Assembly (NCBI GenBank): GCA_016201185.1 | Contig: JACQDG010000156.1 | Span: 1 to 39,174, forward strand | DNA from: Acidobacteriota bacterium | GTDB taxonomy: Bacteria > Acidobacteriota > Terriglobia > Bryobacterales > JACQDG01 | DNA length: 39,174 nucleotides | Reading direction: 5' to 3' | In this document: positions 36,411 to 39,174 of the stretch, piece by piece | How the letters are laid out: every line of letters starts with the position of its first letter | Position numbering within the stretch: position 1 is the first letter of the stretch | Program-made: the position numbers and the translations under genes | The notes under the pieces: generated by a model | Told to the model about the DNA's origin: nothing | The model's input: only the letters and a program-made list of their open reading frames with translations | Database searches by the model: none

Positions 36411-39174
36411 ATGAGACATCAATCCTTTTTGAGTGGATTGGGCTCCTGGGGCCGGTTCGTTCTCTGTGCCCTGCTGGTAGCGTCTGGGCTGCGCGCCGAC
36501 GTCACCGGGTCCATCCTAGGCGTGGTGCGGGATCCCACTGGAGCGGTGGTTGTGAACGCGCACATCGTGGCAGCCAACCTGGACACCAACTTGACCCAGG
36601 AGGCGTACTCCGACGCCGCCGGCCAGTATCGCATCCTGGTCCTTCCCGTTGGGAGATACAAGGTCGAGGCGACGCTCTCCGGCTTCCAGAAATTCGTGGC
36701 CACAGGCATCGAGCTCACCATCAACGAGCAGCGGCGCGTGGACATCACCTTGCAGGTCGGCGCGGTGGAGCAGGCCATCGAGGTTACGACCAGCGCCGTC
36801 CAGATTGAAACCACCAACAGTCAATTGGGCGAGGTCGTGGAGGAGAAGAAGATTCTCGCGCTTCCTCTCAACGGCCGGAGTTATATCGAATTGTTGGGCT
36901 TGCAGGCCGGCGTGGCGCCGGCCACCTCCGGGTCGATGCAGCAGGACCGGCCGGTGTCGGGCGGCCTGTCGGCCGGCAATCTGGCCGTAAACGGCCAGCG
37001 TGAAACGGCCAATGCATTTCTGGTGAATGGCGGCGACGTGAGCGAAGGCCGGAACCTCGGAGCCTCCATCATCCCTAATATCGATTCCGTGGCCGAGTTC
37101 CGCCTCATCACCAACACCTTCGACGCCGAGTACGGGCGCTTTAGCGGCGCCATCATGAACGCCATCACTAAAACGGGGACCAATGGCTTCCACGGTTCCG
37201 CGTTTGAATTCCTCCGAAACGATAAAATGGACGCCCGCAACTTCTTCGATCCGGAAAAAGGGACCCTGAAGCGGAACCAGTTTGGCTACGCCGTCGGGGG
37301 GCCGTTCCTGAAGAACAGGCTGTTCTGGTTCACAGATTACCAGGGAACCCGCGAGGTGCGTGGTCAGGGAACCGGGCTGGTGCAGCTTCCCACGCAGGCC
37401 ATGCGAAACGGCGATCTTTCCGCCGCCGACGATTTTCTGGACACCGGCGCCACCGTGAACGGCCACTACTGGGCGCAGGTGCTGTCGAACCGGCTGGGCT
37501 ACACGGTGACCAATGGCGAGCCTTACTCCCCGCGGGGATGCGCCAGCACCGCCGATTGCGTCTTTCCGGGCGGCATCATACCCCAGCGCGCTTTCTCGTC
37601 TCCGGTCGCCGGGACTCTGAAGTACATCCCGCTTCCGAACATCGGCGATAACCTCTTTTCGGCCGTCGACAACGGGAAAATCAACGACGACAAGGCGGGG
37701 CAGCGGGTGGATATTATTAACAGAAAGACGGGCAACTGGTTCATCTACTATTTCTTCGACGATTCGACCGTCCGCTATCCCTTTAACGGCGCCAGTGTGC
37801 CGGGATTTGAGAGCGTCACCCCGACCCGGGCCCAACAAGCAGTACTGAGCAATACCCATATCTTCGGGCCCACCACCGTCAACGAGGCGCGCCTCAGCTT
37901 CGTGCGCACGGCGACCACCACCGACGTGCCGCAGGCCGGCTTTGCCAAGCTGTCCGATCTGGGATTCATCGAGAACCAGGGGCTGGGCATCTTTCCCTCC
38001 GGGCCTCCCGGCTTCGAGGCGCTCCCGCCCTTGTACTTCAACAACTTCAGCATCGGCAGCCCAACCCTCACCACCACCCAACCGAACAACACCTGGCACG
38101 CCGCGGACAGTTTTTCCAAGATTTATCAGAAGCACAATTTCAAGTTCGGCGGCGAGTACCGCTACCTCCAGATCAACGAGCGGAATGTGTGCGCCCCGAA
38201 CGGCAGCTTTTCCTTCGATGGCTCGGAAACGGGCAATGACTTTGCTGACTACCTGCTGGGCGCGCCCTCCGAATACATCCAGTGCAGCATGCAGTTCCTC
38301 GATTCCCGCACCAAGTATGGCGGAATCTTTGGGCAGGACACGTGGCGGATCAAGCCCAACTTGACTCTCAATTACGGCCTGCGCTGGGAATTCAGCATGC
38401 CCTGGTACGACACCCAGGACAAGATTGAGACCATCGTCCCCGGCTTGCAATCCACCGTTTTCCCCACCGCTCCCCGGGGCTGGGTGGTGCCGGGAGACCC
38501 GGGCATCCCTAAGACGCTGTCGCCGACCGATTACAACAACTTCGGACCGCGCGTGGGAATCGCCTACTCGCCCAATTTCTCCGACGGCGCTCTGAAGAAG
38601 ATCTTTGGAGGCCCCGGCAAGACCAGCATCCGGGCGGCCTTCGGCGTCTACTATACGTCGGTGGAAGACTTGACCCTCTTTTACGAAGTTGGTGACGCTC
38701 CCTACGGCCTGTACTGGCCGAGCATCGTGCCGCCGCTGTTTGATGAGCCTTTCCGCACCCGGTCCGACGGGAGCTCCCAAACACAGCGCTTCCCCTTCAA
38801 GTTCCCTGTCCCCGGGGATCCCGCGCTTAAGACGTTGGATTATTCCGTGTACTTGCCCATCCAGAGCTCGCCCGGCTACGCCATCACCAACCGGTTGCCG
38901 TATGCCGAGCATTTCAACCTCGCCATCCAGCGGAGCCTGAGCCCCTCGACCCTCCTGACGGTAGCCTACGTAGGCACCGTGGGACACAAGCTGATCGGCC
39001 AGTATGAATCGAATCCAGGTGATCCCAACCTGTGCCTGAGCCTGCAAGGATCGGGGGTGATGGCCGGAACATCGGAGTGCGGCCGCCATGGGGAGAACGG
39101 GCTATACACCCGGCCGGACGGCACGCTGGTTTACGGAACTCGAGGCCCCCTGGGCTACGCCTTTGGAAGCAACG
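36411..39174 (+). CDS. TonB-dependent receptor with a CarboxypepD_reg domain; 3' end lies outside the window, so it is absent from the supplied ORF track
   Basis: My own translation gives MRHQSFLSGLGSWGRFVLCALLVASGLRADVTGSILGVVRDPTGAVVVNAHIVAANLDTNLTQEAYSDAAGQYRILVLPVGRYKVEATLSGFQKF... A plug-like segment follows (LPLNGRSYIELLGLQAGV...VNGQRETANAFLVNGGDVSEG...FDAEYGRFSGAIMNAITKTGTNGFHGSAFEFLRNDKMDARNFF). The segments I translated (36411 to about 36930 and about 37020 to 37260) contain no stop. The ORF track lists no complete ORF in this frame downstream of 36411, consistent with it staying open to 39174. A strong RBS is present. Confidence 0.8.
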   Translation, partial: MRHQSFLSGLGSWGRFVLCALLVASGLRADVTGSILGVVRDPTGAVVVNAHIVAANLDTNLTQEAYSDAAGQYRILVLPVGRYKVEATLSGFQKFVATGIELTINEQRRVDITLQVGAVEQAIEVTTSAVQIETTNSQLGEVVEEKKILALPLNGRSYIELLGLQAGVAPATSGSMQQDRPVSGGLSAGNLAVNGQRETANAFLVNGGDVSEGRNLGASIIPNIDSVAEFRLITNTFDAEYGRFSGAIMNAITKTGTNGFHGSAFEFLRNDKMDARNFFDPEKGTLKRNQFGYAVGGPFLKNRLFWFTDYQGTREVRGQGTGLVQLPTQAMRNGDLSAADDFLDTGATVNGHYWAQVLSNRLGYTVTNGEPYSPRGCASTADCVFPGGIIPQRAFSSPVAGTLKYIPLPNIGDNLFSAVDNGKINDDKAGQRVDIINRKTGNWFIYYFFDDSTVRYPFNGASVPGFESVTPTRAQQAVLSNTHIFGPTTVNEARLSFVRTATTTDVPQAGFAKLSDLGFIENQGLGIFPSGPPGFEALPPLYFNNFSIGSPTLTTTQPNNTWHAADSFSKIYQKHNFKFGGEYRYLQINERNVCAPNGSFSFDGSETGNDFADYLLGAPSEYIQCSMQFLDSRTKYGGIFGQDTWRIKPNLTLNYGLRWEFSMPWYDTQDKIETIVPGLQSTVFPTAPRGWVVPGDPGIPKTLSPTDYNNFGPRVGIAYSPNFSDGALKKIFGGPGKTSIRAAFGVYYTSVEDLTLFYEVGDAPYGLYWPSIVPPLFDEPFRTRSDGSSQTQRFPFKFPVPGDPALKTLDYSVYLPIQSSPGYAITNRLPYAEHFNLAIQRSLSPSTLLTVAYVGTVGHKLIGQYESNPGDPNLCLSLQGSGVMAGTSECGRHGENGLYTRPDGTLVYGTRGPLGYAFGSN

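Noticed and set aside
36516-39089. 857-aa minus-strand ORF, the longest unexplained ORF in the track
   Set aside because: It is an antisense shadow of the plus-strand TonB-dependent receptor that starts at 36411. Its composition is Gly/Arg/Ala/Val-rich and low in complexity. It has no motifs and no RBS, whereas the opposite strand gives a textbook receptor sequence.
1-39174. Scan for tRNA/rRNA genes, CRISPR arrays, IS elements, integrases, phage or defence-system genes
   Set aside because: I saw no cloverleaf-like or T-loop (GTTCGAATC-type) sequences in the intergenic regions. I saw no spaced identical repeats, no transposase or integrase motifs, and no terminal inverted repeats.

Overview
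A 39.2-kb, high-GC, densely coding chromosomal window. It looks like Acidobacteriota of the Solibacter/Bryobacter type, because it has CarboxypepD_reg-fused TonB-dependent receptors and a large Ig-like protein with the Solibacter-type C-terminal domain. All homology calls come from motif recognition by eye; no searches were run.

Left end (1-4.4 kb): an oxidative pentose-phosphate cluster with a tal/pgi tail, gnd, a ROK/polyphosphate-type glucokinase, zwf and a convergent pgl. The zwf/pgl junction is anomalous. zwf loses homology about 60 codons early and reads through an antisense fragment of an NAD+ synthetase (NadE) gene.

Middle (4.7-23 kb): a redox island, split by a GH63-like glucosidase.
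- An outer-membrane beta-barrel gene is followed by a 1289-aa fusion of a multiheme cytochrome c (9 CXXCH plus 1 CX4CH) with an LVIVD beta-propeller.
- A tightly coupled four-gene minus-strand operon encodes a NuoE-NuoF fusion, a HoxU/NuoG-N-terminal Fe-S protein with two embedded cyclic-nucleotide-binding domains and a four-cluster DmsB/HybA-like tail, a 5-TM membrane protein with two H-x13-H pairs, and a membrane-anchored decaheme cytochrome c.
- A divergent pair encodes a cytochrome c554-like pentaheme and a secreted tandem GlcG/HbpS (DUF336) protein.

The four-gene operon is my best candidate for an undescribed system: a cNMP-gated NAD(P)H-to-periplasmic-multiheme electron conduit.

Right part (23-39 kb): an MBL-fold hydrolase, an Ig-like surface protein, two TonB-dependent receptors, a transketolase, a hexapeptide beta-helix protein, an NHL/PAL-like propeller, an RRM RNA-binding protein and a small basic ORF. 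The second receptor runs off the window, so it is missing from the ORF track and is masked there by an 857-aa antisense ORF.

I found no rRNA, tRNA, CRISPR array, transposase or integrase. Many long ORFs in the track are antisense shadows typical of high-GC DNA.
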